This document shows, one piece after another, positions 12,701 through 23,621 of a DNA stretch of 64,000 nucleotides. Within the stretch, counting starts at the first letter, position 1, and each line of letters begins with the position of its first letter. This stretch comes from Phoronis australis. Lineage: Eukaryota > Animalia > Phoronida. The translations under genes and the position numbers were made by a program. Location of the stretch: assembly GCA_002633005.1 (NCBI GenBank), contig NMRA01000017.1, positions 717,587-781,586 on the forward strand. The letters run 5' to 3'. Below the pieces are notes generated by a model, which was given only the letters and a program-made list of their open reading frames with translations, made no database searches and was not told the origin of the DNA.

Positions 12701-14208
12701 TAGTACTTCATTTGCATATTCATAATGTAATGAGATATAGCAACTGCGCAAGATCGTACCCGCAACACGAGTAAAATCTCTAGACTAACACACATGTTGT
12801 TGTCACGTGACATTCGTTTTGAAGTTTGTCTGCGTGTATGTGAGTGAGCGAGCACGTGCGTGTCATCAGTGTTCATTTGCAGACTGAAGTAAACGCAACA
12901 TAGCGATCTAGGTGTGTTTTTAAGTAAAGAAATCAACAGTAGCAGTAAAGCAGAACTTGTTTTATTTAGCACTTGCTGGTATCATCTACTATATTTAAAA
13001 TGTGAAAGAAATGTCTCGTTAAGGCCAATATATATATACTAATTTCATTGAGTCCCCGGGTGTCTGGATGCATGACAGTCTGACAGTTATTTTCCGGGAG
13101 ATTCGGGTGTAAGGGTGCAGAGATATTCACAATCAGTGGGTCATTTTGTCAGATATTTGACTTTAAAAACACCAATTAGGAATACATTAAAAAGTGATTA
13201 TTAACACAATTCCTCTTAAAATGCAATACCTTAAAAATAAGCAAGTTTTTTACGGCATTGGAAATTTTTGGAAATTAGTGCCAATATTTACTTCTTGTCG
13301 ATGCTATGTTACCCGTTGTCTCATGAATAGTTCCCGAAGACTAATTTCTGCGATGACAAAATTGTAGGTAGCGCACGCTTCCTGGCCACTTGCTTTTATC
13401 ACTAAGTTTTTTTTATTCGTGAGACAGTCGTCAGCTGAATGGCGTGCTTTGGGTACGAGTCTTCGATTTGCAGTTTTCACATGTACAAAGAAGTTTGCAG
13501 TCCTGTTGAGGAAGAAGAAATTGTATGTAAAAGATTTAATCCTGTTGACAAGTACGCTGTGTCTGTACTGAAAGGCCAGACCATAGCCTAGTGGAACACG
13601 TTCCTCGCGAGATTAGCAAAACTGTTGGGTTCTTTTTAAAACAGGACGGAAGTTTGAATTGTATAGTCACGGCTAAATACCGACATAGTGGTGAGGCTGG
13701 TGGTCTAGAAATTCCATACACTACGATTTTTTCAGGACTGTCGGATCTCGTTGATAAATCAGACGTTACTGTAGAATTTTAGGATTGTAGGTAAGACATT
13801 TTTCACATGTACGCGTTCATGGGCTGGGCGCTTATTTCAGTGGAGTCTGAAAAAGCGTGGGGGGCGCTTATAGGGGCACAGGCGCTCATTAGGGCGAATA
13901 CGGTATGTACAATACATTTTCACCAGAGGCCACCTCTTGTTTTTATAGCATGTAATGAGTGCTTTTTATGTTCAATTTAATATTTTGAGTAAACACGCTG
14001 TAAAGTGATAATGAACTCAGCTGATGCCAGTTTTCACCTGTCTGTTCCAGGTGTTATATCCTTGAAACTGCCACACTTGGCTCTGTTAAACCTGGATGGC
14101 ACCAGGGTCCGGCCTCACCAGTTGGCTGCTATGATTGGCAGCTGTCCGTCTCTACAGAAGTTGAGTATGAGAGGCACAAGGCCAGTGAACTCTGATGATG
14201 AAAGTTGA
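639..14208 (+). CDS. Leucine-rich-repeat protein, 3' portion (12 exons, about 364 aa; 5' exons lie upstream of the window)
   Basis: Exons 639-715, 1495-1569, 2629-2778, 3762-3802, 5342-5516, 5802-5873, 6115-6196, 7111-7172, 7792-7863, 9141-9180, 9981-10072 and 14051-14208 all have AG/GT boundaries and compatible phases. They splice into continuous LxxLxLxxT/CxxITD repeats, e.g. NLTHLSLAGCSLITDKGL, SLKKLMLSNTKLTDVGM, ending PVNSDDES*. From memory this resembles the C-terminus of FBXL14-like / UBX-LRR proteins (unverified). Confidence 0.92.
1495..1569 (+). CDS. LRR gene exon (VLSKLKSINLSGCKHITDGCFDVIR)
   Basis: tttttcag| ... |gtgaga; 75 nt, phase 1-1. Confidence 0.92.
1773..1918. mobile_element. 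Two adjacent copies of a ~72-bp MITE-like element (1773-1846, 1850-1918)
   Basis: Inverted ends catgggcggc...gccgcccgtg around an internal ggggct-acagcccc hairpin; a third copy is at 53477-53550. Confidence 0.65.
2629..2778 (+). CDS. LRR gene exon (ELVSLQTLNLEGTAITDLGL...LFAYLK)
   Basis: ttttgcag| ... |gtgata; 150 nt, two LRRs. Confidence 0.9.
3120..3700. repeat. Intronic repeat with ~150-bp degenerate internal units
   Basis: Motif (g)caccacctagtggc(c)atttt recurs at about 3318, 3462 and 3620; outer boundaries approximate. Confidence 0.45.
3762..3802 (+). CDS. LRR gene exon (DLPQLHHLSLATTK)
   Basis: gttacag| ... |gtaaaa; phase 1-0 links the flanking exons in frame. Confidence 0.85.
5342..5516 (+). 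CDS. LRR gene exon (VSSLSGVQKMARLQSLNLEST...ALEYIS)
   Basis: catttcag| ... |gtaagt; lies within ORF 5309-5530. Confidence 0.92.
5802..5873 (+). CDS. LRR gene exon (GLPLHTLEMPDRMSTTSVGIQFIK)
   Basis: ctttgcag| ... |gtttgt; 72 nt. Confidence 0.88.
6115..6196 (+). CDS. LRR gene exon (DMPLSLLNLTNYIHVDDEGVRYIGQIT)
   Basis: ctttcag| ... |gtgtgt; phase 1-2. Confidence 0.88.
6479..6962. repeat. 26-bp minisatellite, about 18 copies
   Basis: Head-to-tail unit gatgttagtgtgactgagtctgacga with no spacers, in an LRR intron. Confidence 0.95.
7111..7172 (+). CDS. LRR gene exon (SLKKLMLSNTKLTDVGMTYLK)
   Basis: cattgtag| ... |gtaaga; phase 2-1. Confidence 0.92.
7792..7863 (+). CDS. LRR gene exon (DLVNLEVLCIDRTSVSDEGVSVLK)
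   Basis: gttgtag| ... |gtaggt; 72 nt. Confidence 0.9.
9141..9180 (+). CDS. LRR gene exon (GFTNIQELSLSET)
   Basis: gttttag| ... |gtaggt; phase 1-2. Confidence 0.85.
9981..10072 (+). CDS. LRR gene exon (RVSSEFIIRGCLTNCLMLSKLNLSNTAVTTR)
   Basis: atttcag| ... |gtcagt; phase 2-1. Confidence 0.9.
12368..12742. mobile_element. Kolobok-like non-autonomous element (TTAA site) nested in the pogo-like element
   Basis: Starts ttaa|agatgctatgtctcattaaaaccgtgaata; homologous over about 370 bp to 33449-33867. Confidence 0.75.
13439..13782 (+). pseudogene. HIRAN-like domain ORF with one frameshift, inside the TIR element
   Basis: MACFGYESSICSFHMYKEVCSPVEEEEIVCKRFNPVDKYAVSVLKGQTI / VEHVPREISKTVGFFLKQDGSLNCIVTAKYRHSGEAGGLEIP. 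Removing 5 bp (gccta, about 13586-13590) restores the frame. The pattern fits the HIRAN consensus NxxDxxAV...VGHVP. Confidence 0.7.
14051..14208 (+). CDS. LRR gene terminal coding exon (GVISLKLPHLALLNLDGTRV...DDES*)
   Basis: gttccag| acceptor; in-frame TGA ends at 14208. Confidence 0.92.
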
Positions 14209-15057
14209 GGGCGTGTCCAGGGTCAAAATTCAGTATGCATAACTGCTCAAGGGTATTAATAAGTATGCTGCTATTTATTGAATATGAAAAGCAACCGGTA
14301 ATTGTGTGAGCTACTGTTATATTGAACGCTACGTGGCGGGGTTAGAGATAACCGATTTCAAAAGTAGATAAATTAAGCGAAAAATTATAGCTATAAGCTC
14401 CATTCTAACCACAATGTAACTATACAAAACAAAAAGGTATTTACTAATGCCTTATTCAGGGCTTGATTTTTGGTTACCATTGCAAAATTACATCAAACAC
14501 TCGCCATTGTATGGGAACACGGTGTCCCAAGGTAATGGACATATGCCTAAACATCACTCAATGTTCTGGAATTTTCTGGAGATTTCTGGAATACTGCTAT
14601 GATGACGAAATTCTTGTGAATTCTGATTGAGAGACTGAGGATGTGGACACTATGTTCTCATAAGCTCTTGTATGATGCTTATTAGCTGATTACAGTGTCA
14701 CTGCATCTTTGCACTTATGTGAAGTTGTGAAAAGTTTTAATGACTGTAGAGTCCATAGCAATAACCATCACCAGAATAAGCAAATGTAAACAAATGCCAT
14801 GCATGCTCGTCACAACCTCACCAGCGCGAGATCGAAGTTGGCATTCCAGGTATAGAGTTCTATGATTTGAACAAATGATGTCTACTATCTACTGTATTCT
14901 CAGTCCTGGATATGCACAGTGTTTACCTTGTTCTTGAATACTGAGCTGCACACTGCCACTCTCCATTGTCTTATTTCATTTTATTTTGCCTGTGCACGTT
15001 CTTAGCTTAAAGAAACATGTTAATTGTTGATTTGACAGGAAACAATTTTGACTAAAT

Positions 15058-15063
15058 AATAAA
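15058..15063 (+). terminator. Probable polyadenylation signal of the LRR gene
   Basis: AATAAA about 850 nt after the stop codon, followed by a T/GT-rich tract. Confidence 0.5.
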
Positions 15064-15779
15064 GTTGTGCAATACTTGCTGCTTTTTCTCTAGTCCTCTC
15101 TTTTTGCCACCATTTCGTAAAATCAAATTTCTTCTGTCATAACAAATGATGTTGGTGACTTCAATACTGGCTGGTTGGGCTTTTCGTCACTGGTTATTGT
15201 TTATTTCTGTAGTAGTTTCAAATTTCTAGAATTCCAGTCCTTTGGGTTACCCTGTATGAGACAAATCTCTGTATTAATTACTAAAATGTCTGAGCGGAGT
15301 CATCAATGATCCCTATTCTATTGATTTCCTGACAGGAATGTGTGCAAATCAAAGTTTATCATTTTACTGTAGGCCTACAAAAATTACAGTCCTCACTGTA
15401 GTGTTGGAAAAGCCATGTGAAACTGTCCCATTAAGATGTTTAACCTATGAAAACTTTAGGGGCCCTCGGTCACAATTTTCACCCTCCCTAGGTCGCCATT
15501 ATTAATTAGCTTGCCTCCAGCCGCGATAATGTTCGAGTTACCACCCTTCTCACAACTTTTGAGAGGTCCCATGTAACAGCAAGACCGGGCCCTGTAATGT
15601 GTGGGACCCTAAACTGTATCTTATTTACGTGTAACTGAACCAATGACCCAGTAGGGTTTCCACTATAAGTAATTTTATGTCTTCATTTTTCTGCTGTAAT
15701 TACTTTACTGCAAACAAGATTAAAGATAGGGAGAGGGAGGGAGAGGTGAGCGGAGGGAGAGGTCAGTGAGCGGAGGGTG

Positions 15780-16070
15780 ACACCGTGTGTAGTTGGAAGT
15801 TATTTGAGGAATTAGTGATCGACATCATGTTTACAAGTTGTACGTATTGGGATGCACTGTTGAAGCTCGATAAATTTGCCAAGTCAGTAAAAGGATATGA
15901 AGTAGGCGAGAAGCGGTTAGTTGCCATGGCGATAGATAAGGTATAAAAATAGTATGGCATGTTTTATCAAATCTGTCAGCAGTTTCCTTTAAACATGATA
16001 ACAAACAATAACAATTACATTTGAAACAAATCCAGCCCACTGACTTAATTCTCATCCGGAAAGGATACAC
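15780..16070 (-). mobile_element. Possible degraded CR1/L2-type LINE fragment (PHD-like WICxxC followed by Ser/Asn-rich linker)
   Basis: SVGWICFKCNC, then ATNRFSPTS and ITNSSNNFQL in shifted frames; weak. Confidence 0.25.
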
Positions 16071-16547
16071 TAGTGGTAGAATTGTAAATTAGTTCATATC
16101 TGATAAGAAAATTCTTCTTTATTTTATTCTACAGTACACCAGGTTAATGTCCATTCACAGACTTTGTGCGGTTTTCGTTTTCATATCAAGATTTGATCGT
16201 TTCCATCCACGAAAGTTTATAATAAAAGAGAATTGAAATTAGTAAATCTGTTCAACTGGACTGCGTACTTACTAAAAACCCTGAAGTCCCCGTGCCGGGC
16301 ATCCTTCCGTCTATTTATCTATCTTTCTGCCACTGCGTACTGGATCTGACTATGGGGTCGGTGTTGCACACCGTAACATTCTCCGGCATTTGCCAGTGCA
16401 TCACTGAGACAAAACTTTTCTCCGTTTAAGGTATCCATCGGATAGATTGTCGGTAACACAAGTTGTTAGGTTTCTTACTCAAGTACAATCACATTCACTC
16501 ATGGGCCCAGGACTTGCAGACTTATGAGCTAACTAACTAAATAAAGA

Positions 16548-16815
16548 TGTTATCACATTCCGTTGTGAAGGTGACAGTTGTACCGATGAGTATATGGGGG
16601 AAACTCAACAAGCCCTACGGAAACGGTTGTACCAGCACCGGAAGAACACGGAGAAGGTGTTTCGTCGGCGAGTTTGTTAATGACAAATATGGACTTTTTG
16701 AGTAGGGACAATGACTGGTTCGAAAGAAACGTCGACTGGGAGGACATCTCCATTAAGGCATTGAATCCGTCACTCAATAGACACGGAGGTGGTAGGTTTG
16801 CGCTTTCCCTATTGC
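16548..16815 (+). mobile_element. Penelope-like retroelement remnant (GIY-YIG endonuclease C-terminus)
   Basis: YHIP-C-EGDSCTDEYMGETQQALRKRLYQHRK, then DFLSRDNDWFERNVDWEDISIKALNPSLNRHGGGR; matches Penelope YIGET...R..QH and WFERGVKEAIYI..L.PSLNRDGG. Confidence 0.8.
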
Positions 16816-18402
16816 TTCAAACGCTAGTATTGGTCAAGTCTCGTGAGAACTGGACGGGAAGCTCTGCCTGTCCCACCATTCTAACCATAAGTTGCACCAT
16901 TCCCCATGAAGGGAGCGAGATGGTTCCGAGGTTAAAAGGGTACCAAAACCGGTTTTACTTAGAAACTGCGGCGATTTATGGTACTCTCAAACAACCCAAA
17001 ATTTCAAAAGGTTTAGTTGGATGGCATTACTTTTGGACCCATTTATGCAATTTGCTGGCAGAACTGATCTAGTGTTTGCTTATGTCTGCTAATATTCTTT
17101 GGGTATGACTGGTGTTTTTTGGGAAAAAATATAATATATTTATCTCTATCTCCCGGTCTGTGTCAGGGGCCACAGTTTCACCCCGATGTCTGCAAATTAT
17201 TGGGGAAAACGTGCTCCTTCCCCCCCAGACCGACCCCGCTTACTACTTCCCTGAATTGAGCCACTTGCTTTGCATCCCCTGGAGGGCAGAGTGTTTATTA
17301 ATATCGTTCCATCTAGTGAGAATGTTTAAAACAGACCATCCTAGATGTATATGCATTGTAGGCCTATGTGATGAACACGGGGGAGCATCGACGATCCTCG
17401 TTTACATTGAAATTGGATAAAATTAACCACTTCAAATTCCCTTGAAAAGAAGTCGTTTCTACTCTCGGTATGGAACAAGATTTAAGACACAATCACCGAT
17501 CTATTATTTTCACTGACTTTCAGAACACATTTTTTCAGCGACCTGTAATAAACACGTCGCTCACTTGTAGTTTTCTGTCCCCTTTACCCACCTCCAGCCT
17601 TAACTTCCCTCACATTCTGTATTTGCGCGTGCTGTTCGTACAAGCGCTTATGTTTCCTGTCAAATTGCAGTGAAGCACGTTCTCTGATTCTCGAGACGCA
17701 GTGTTTCCGGTGTTCATGCATCGATTTTTTTTTCTTATGTTATAAAAGATCTGTAACTGTGTTTCCAACAAATTAATTCCGCCAACTGTCAGATTCATAT
17801 CAAATCCCGTGCACTGAGAACTCCGGCGTAGTAGCCTACTTTGACGATATGTGTCGCATTGTCCGTATGTGCGCTTATTTAGGCCTATTTGAATCCATCC
17901 GATCAGGTTATCGCGTTTTCTTCATTTTTTTGCTCAAGAGTTTCTCACAGAAACGTATGCGCCTAAGACTCTCTGATAGGCGCAGCCGGCTATCTCTTGT
18001 ATATGCGTATGTCATAAACTGTAGCTTTACTGTGTGCCTTTTGTCCATTCTTAGTGAGGTATCATTTCAGTGAAGTTAAATGTTAAATTGAATACAAGGT
18101 AACGTCGACAATTTCTTAACAGATTAGTCAAGCTAAATGCGTAGAATACGATATCGCGCGGCAGGCGAAAAGAGCTGTAAAACATATGCAAAATCTTCAA
18201 AGTTTTTGAAAACTTAATAAATATGGTCTAATTCAATCAATTCGACAAAGTGACAATAGAGTTCGTGTAGTGGTTGGTTCATTCTCAGACCAATAGTTTA
18301 TTCGTCTGTGCTTCATTTATTGACGTGGTTCTGGAGTAACTTCACTTAATTGTTGCATTCAACATGGCATTTACATCGAGATCATGATTTATCGATAATT
18401 AT

Positions 18403-20356
18403 AATTTAAAAGCGAATCTGCTATTTTCCGCAGTTGCGCAACAGAGTGAACATATTTGTTTTCGCAGTAAATTGACACTTAGGCTTGCAGCAGGATTTGT
18501 TCTCCTTCGCATTGAACTCGGAGATGAACCTCGCGACGTGAGTTCATATTTAGGTTTGTGACAAGGCGTTTGCGTGTTCAATAAATAGAGTTCCCCGAGG
18601 ATATGTTCAAAAGCATAGCTATATAGGATCTTAATTCATTTATTCTAATGGTCTATAGCTGACCGAGATTGCAAAACTGGACGATAAAATCTACAGAAGT
18701 TTTCACCAATAATGTGTGTTTGTTCACCTCATTTCGGTAGCGATTGTGTGCCGCTAAATGGATTTCGACAATTTAATGGCATACTTCCAATAGTCATTTG
18801 GGTTGTGTACGACTTTTGCAAAGAATTTGTTGAGCCTTCATGCGCTGGACTATCTGAAACTATCTCTGACGTCAAGTGTTGTGCGGAGCTGATGGTTTTC
18901 CGCGGATATATTTTATTGAATTGACTTTTACCTCGATGAGATTATACGTCAATTTCTCGTAGTAGGATAACTTCACATCAAAAACATCCCTGATCGATTG
19001 ATCTTTGGAGCGGAGTGTGCGTCTTCGCCTTTCTCGTATTGTGAGAAAACTTACAGACACTTTGTGAAAGGGAAAACTTCATGGGCAAAAGACGTGGATA
19101 CGTTCGAAACCACCGCTAGCAAGGTAAGTCTTTCTGTTTGTAGAAGCGACGTTACACAACAGTCGCGAAGCTCGTCTTGTGTATTGATCATAGCATGCGT
19201 GATGAAACAAATGTCAACCATCTTTAAATATCGATGAGTCGATCAACAAACCATTTTAATCAATCAGTTTTAAAAACATCGCAAAATAATAAGAAAATGA
19301 AAGTATAGGCTTTAGTCATGCCGAGTTGGAAAGCCGTCATCCTGCCCATGAAGTTATTGGAACAGAAAAAGTTTGATGTGACTGAGGTGGTATAGAAAAA
19401 ATAATCATTGCCATGGTGATTTGCACATAGAATCGTTTTTCAGGAGCGGAGACGTTCCGATAACAGTCACATAACGTATAATAAAACAAAACAAAAGCCG
19501 AAAGAACGCTTTTTGTGGAGATGTGCAAATGAGAACGTATTTCTGGCCAATTAACTGACGAATTGCAAGTGGAGACAATGGGAGTATAAATTCAGGAGAT
19601 CGATATTATGGATTATCTTATTATTTGTTTTAACCATATTTGAACTATGTCCATACTCAAAACTACAATATTTACAATTTCATACCCATGACATTACCTT
19701 TGTACATACTAAGCACTCGCCATAATCCGGTGTGTCACAGTGACGCTCTGATGACGAAAGCCTACGCATAATCATAACGGACCGACTGCAAATATTGTCA
19801 ACAGACAGCGGGGCGTTTGCGCGTGTAGGAGAAGCTCTCGAATACTACAAACAAGTTATAATTGAGTTTCGACTCATTTTGATAGCACAACTCCCAAGTT
19901 TCATCGTGTAGACAATGAAAGCGTTTGGACATTTTCGATTGAACTCAATTCGTTTCTTGATTGATTAGAGCGAATTTTATAGGCGTCAGATTTCTTGTCG
20001 ATGTCTGTCTTCATCCAAAGCTTTCACAAGGATTTTTTATCGGCCGAAAACAGAAAAGACAAATGCTGGGTAATATCACGGCAGAACAACTTGGTTTTGT
20101 ATTCAGTTACAAACTCTTGCTCGGCCACAAATGGGGAATTATCGAACAATTCGTCCTACATGTACGTTTCAATGAAATGAACATTTACAGAAATAATTTC
20201 AGCTTCGATAGCCTAGATAGTCAGTCAGTACAGTTATTAGAAAGAATACTAAACCTTACTTATGAAAAATGTTCAGATTTCTGGGATAGGGCTACTGCAT
20301 GTTTGCATTCGTACCCGGAGCGTAGTCAAGAACAGGACGGGATTTTACGTCATTAA
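18403..20356 (+). pseudogene. Degenerate multi-death-domain gene remnant
   Basis: Death-domain-like segments at 18403-18537 (LLFSAVAQQ..KLTLRL..RIE..PRD|gtgagt), 19533-19616 (RISGQLTDELQVETMGV*IQEIDIMDY) and 19983-20356 (LGHKWGIIEQFVLHVRFNEMNIYRNNFSFDSLDSQSVQLLERI); matched by eye only. Confidence 0.35.
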
Positions 20357-20903
20357 AAACACCAGCGATATCGAAGTTCCCGATTCCGATTGTTCCCGCG
20401 CAACCGTCCTTGAAAACTGCGTGTCGGATTATGGCAATTTATTTACTGCAGATACTTACTAATTGTTAATGTTTTAGATTTTTCTTTTCCATAAACATAT
20501 ACTGGACTAAAACATGGTTGAAGGTATAGTTTCTTTTGTTCCCATCACGACTAATTCTAGTCGTTTTAGTAACGGATAGTTCAGATATCAAGCTAACATT
20601 TCCAGCCAATCAGGTCGCGAGAACATGTAAATGCAACGACAGTCCGCCAACTAGCGGCGGTTGAAGGAAAGCCAAAAGATGGTTTTACGATGCGCTCGGG
20701 GCATTTGCATTGCATATCAAGATTGAATATACGGAGACGAACGCATACCGTAGATTTCCGCTAAAGAAATTCACCTTCACAACGGTTCATAAATGCATAA
20801 TTTATAAGTTTACTTTCTTTAATATTATCTAATGTGAATGCAGATTTAAATATGTGGAATACAGGCAGGTGCTAGGGTACGTGACGTGCGGAAACCTGGC
20901 GTG

Positions 20904-21043
20904 CGTTCAGTAGACGCTTGAACACACGCTAGAACCTAGCTAAAACCTAGTCAAAGTCACGTGCTCTCATTTAAAAGGCACGGCAATATCTCACGTAATC
21001 TCGCGAAGTCTTGCTTTTTAGCGAGGTCCTAGCGTTACTGAAC
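20904..21043. mobile_element. ~140-bp MITE
   Basis: Inverted ends cgttcagtagacgct...agcgttactgaacg; internal part found in reverse orientation at 52101-52206. Confidence 0.7.
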
Positions 21044-22306
21044 GGGAGGCAGGCCTCGTGGTCAACTCGAGACACCCTTATTCCTAACACTTGAGGCCAC
21101 CAGAGGACGCTCGAGCTACGCGTGGAGATAGCTTTTCACGACACACTTCGTGGTATGGAATATCTTACCGAAGCACCTGGTCTAAACACGCGAAACAGCT
21201 ACTGTAACCTGGGAAAGCTGTGTCTGAATCTATGAGAGATCTGTGAATGGAGCTTGACTACGTGTCCATGAGTTGGCGTAGTTCAATCTATGACTAGCTA
21301 AAGAGCTTGATATCGTGGATATTCCACGCAGTGCGGCAACAGTTCGCGATTTGCTTTCCCATGCCGCATGACCCATTTTTACAATTTGGGTCTATACGAT
21401 AATAGTTCCAGTGAAAGATGGTAAAAAACACACGAAAGAGAACATTTTGTAATGCACGTGCAAATTACTTCCGCCATATTGGCTTTACGCATGTACCGTG
21501 GCAACAGTAAGTGGGCGTGACCTGACACTGTTTAATGGAACAGTTCATTCACTAACCGAGGGAACGAATTATAGTAGGACAATTTCTGTTAATAAAAGTA
21601 CGCAACTTAGCTATAAAACAGGGGTCCATAATATGTCGCGAGATTGTGATAGTTCTTGTCGGTTCGCTGTAGTCTCGCATCCCGGCAGTAGCCTCTCTTG
21701 GCATTAGAGTCTTGCGAACAATTCGAAAACGAGGACATTTTGGTCAGTTTTTTAGCTATACCGGCGGTATGATGCGTATTTCAACATTTCGAATTGTCGC
21801 CTATTTCTCTCATTTTCATTGGCAAGTATCAATCACTCGCTGCTCAATGATTTCAATTGCATGAGGTTTTTGGGTTACTTTTATGAGATAAGAATATACA
21901 ATCACATATGTATCTTAAACGAAAACAAGGTTTTCTGCTCGATTGATAGCGTGAGCAGTGGATGGTGATAACAACCCGCGTTTATCATCTCGATTGAGAC
22001 TCAAATTACGCCAGTTAAGGTTGTAAAAGTATGCTTTGATGTTCAGTTGGTTTATCTCATCCTTGATTGACCAATAAAGAACCAGACGTCAGAGTTATAC
22101 TAATAGAGGCTGGATGACCAGCTTCACTCCGAGGCGCCTGCAACAATAACTGCATTCGTACCAGCGCCACCTGTGCTGTCACCATTGGGTGTTGTTGATC
22201 AAACGCTCAGAACTACCCAAAAGTTACGCATAATGACTCAGGTCGATGACTTAAACAGTGGGCGTTTTTAGCGTTTTAAACCCTGATAATGCAGCCAAAT
22301 CATCTC

Positions 22307-22417
22307 TGTTGTGCAGTGTATTAAAGCACAATTAAGGGGACATTTCCTTTGTACTCTGCAACCAAATCATGTTTTGCAGTGTATTAAAAAACTATTAAGG
22401 GACATTTCCTTTGTATT
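22307..22417. repeat. ~63-bp tandem duplication
   Basis: tgtt(g/t)tgcagtgtattaaa...attaaggg(g)acatttcctttgta occurs twice. Confidence 0.8.
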
Positions 22418-23439
22418 CACTGCCTCAAACCACAAGTTATAAAGCAGGTTACACAACCACATGCCTGAAACATTTCCATACTATCCTATCCTAGTCCTAT
22501 CCTCAAACAGACCACTTCGGGCATCGCCAAGAGCTAGAAATACGTTTTGACAGGCCAGGGTCACTGTTGCGTTCCGTGGACCCAAGACACTCGCGCCGCA
22601 CTGTGGCGAGGAATGACATCGCTAATAAAACGGATGAATTCCATCCCATAGCTCAACATCCAACGCCATCAATCATTTAAGCTGCCGCCATTTGCAAAAG
22701 TAATGCTGGTAAGCTTCAGAGCATATTGACGAAACACTCGCCTTTCAGTCACATGATTTTGAGTGGTCGAGTATTGTCGAAACCTTCTTACGTCTACTGA
22801 GCGGACTCCAGGGTCGTTCAACTCTCCCCTCGTTTGTTTCATATCAGTTGCAGATGACGTCTCTATTCCTTTTAATTGTTGAAACTAATATCCATTTTCC
22901 AATACAACGACGATATCCTATATCATAGATAACAGATTTCAACTCTGATATTTCCCGCTATAGAATTCCCAAATGAGCAGCGCCAGTCTCTTCCAATGCG
23001 CATCTCAGCTTCTGTCAGTAAGCAGACGACTAGTACCTTGAGACTGGACGATACCGATCATGATGATTGGTACAAAACATTAGTTGAAGTAACTTAACTA
23101 CGGATACTGGTCCTCCCAACTCATTCTACGTGTATACTGCGCTTGTGTTAGTTCGAAGTAAGCCTAAATGACGGGCACTGATACAAACTATCCTGCAGAC
23201 TCAATGTACACTTGTCTTAGTACCGGTATTATAGTCTTATGCTTGTAACTTACTTAGAATAAACCATGTTTAGAATAATAAAAATTAACAGACTGTATAG
23301 TGTTTTAAATGCAAAAGCAACACCTATCAGGCAAGTCCACTCACGCAACTTTCCAAAAAAGGACTTTCCAAAGCAGTGGGGAAGTTGATTGTATTTTCGG
23401 CTTACATGAAACCGACTGCGCATTGAAGGCCGGAGCGAG

Positions 23440-23621
23440 GGTAGCAGACCACGTACTTGCCGAAAGTAAAACTGGTCATCGCACCAGGCGTCGCTAGTGA
23501 TTAGTGACGTGCACCCGATTGTGTGAAACTTTAGTTCTGTTGGTGTCGCTTTGATCGCTAGATCACAGATCTTGTGCTCTGACAATTTACAGATTTGGCG
23601 GTCAATGTACTATAGTTTATG
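23440..23621. mobile_element. Partial copy of the P-like MITE at 36238-36651
   Basis: Shares tagcagac..gtacttgc.gaaa, ccagg.gtcg.tagtga and the terminus ttggcgg...atgtactatagt.tatg. Confidence 0.65.

Larger units (their letters stand above)
11949..13903. mobile_element. Non-autonomous pogo/Tc1-mariner-type DNA transposon (TA TSD) carrying a HIRAN-like ORF
   Basis: Left end TA|ctgtatttgccctaataagcgcctg matches the reverse complement of the right end caggcgctcattagggcgaatacgg|TA. Confidence 0.85.

Noticed and set aside
14595-14645. Possible SECIS in the LRR 3' UTR (gene ends in TGA)
   Set aside because: ATGA and AA are present but no paired helix fits; the TGA follows a natural acidic C-terminus.
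18585-18800. THAP-like motifs (FPED...VCSPHF...GILPIV)
   Set aside because: The N-terminal C-x-C and conserved Trp are not evident, and another frame fits the local death-domain interpretation; ambiguous.
19748-19760. Hammerhead-like core CTGATGA-C-GAAA
   Set aside because: No stem II, and no convincing stems I/III or cleavage triplet. The similar motif at about 47943-47962 lacks the CUGA core.
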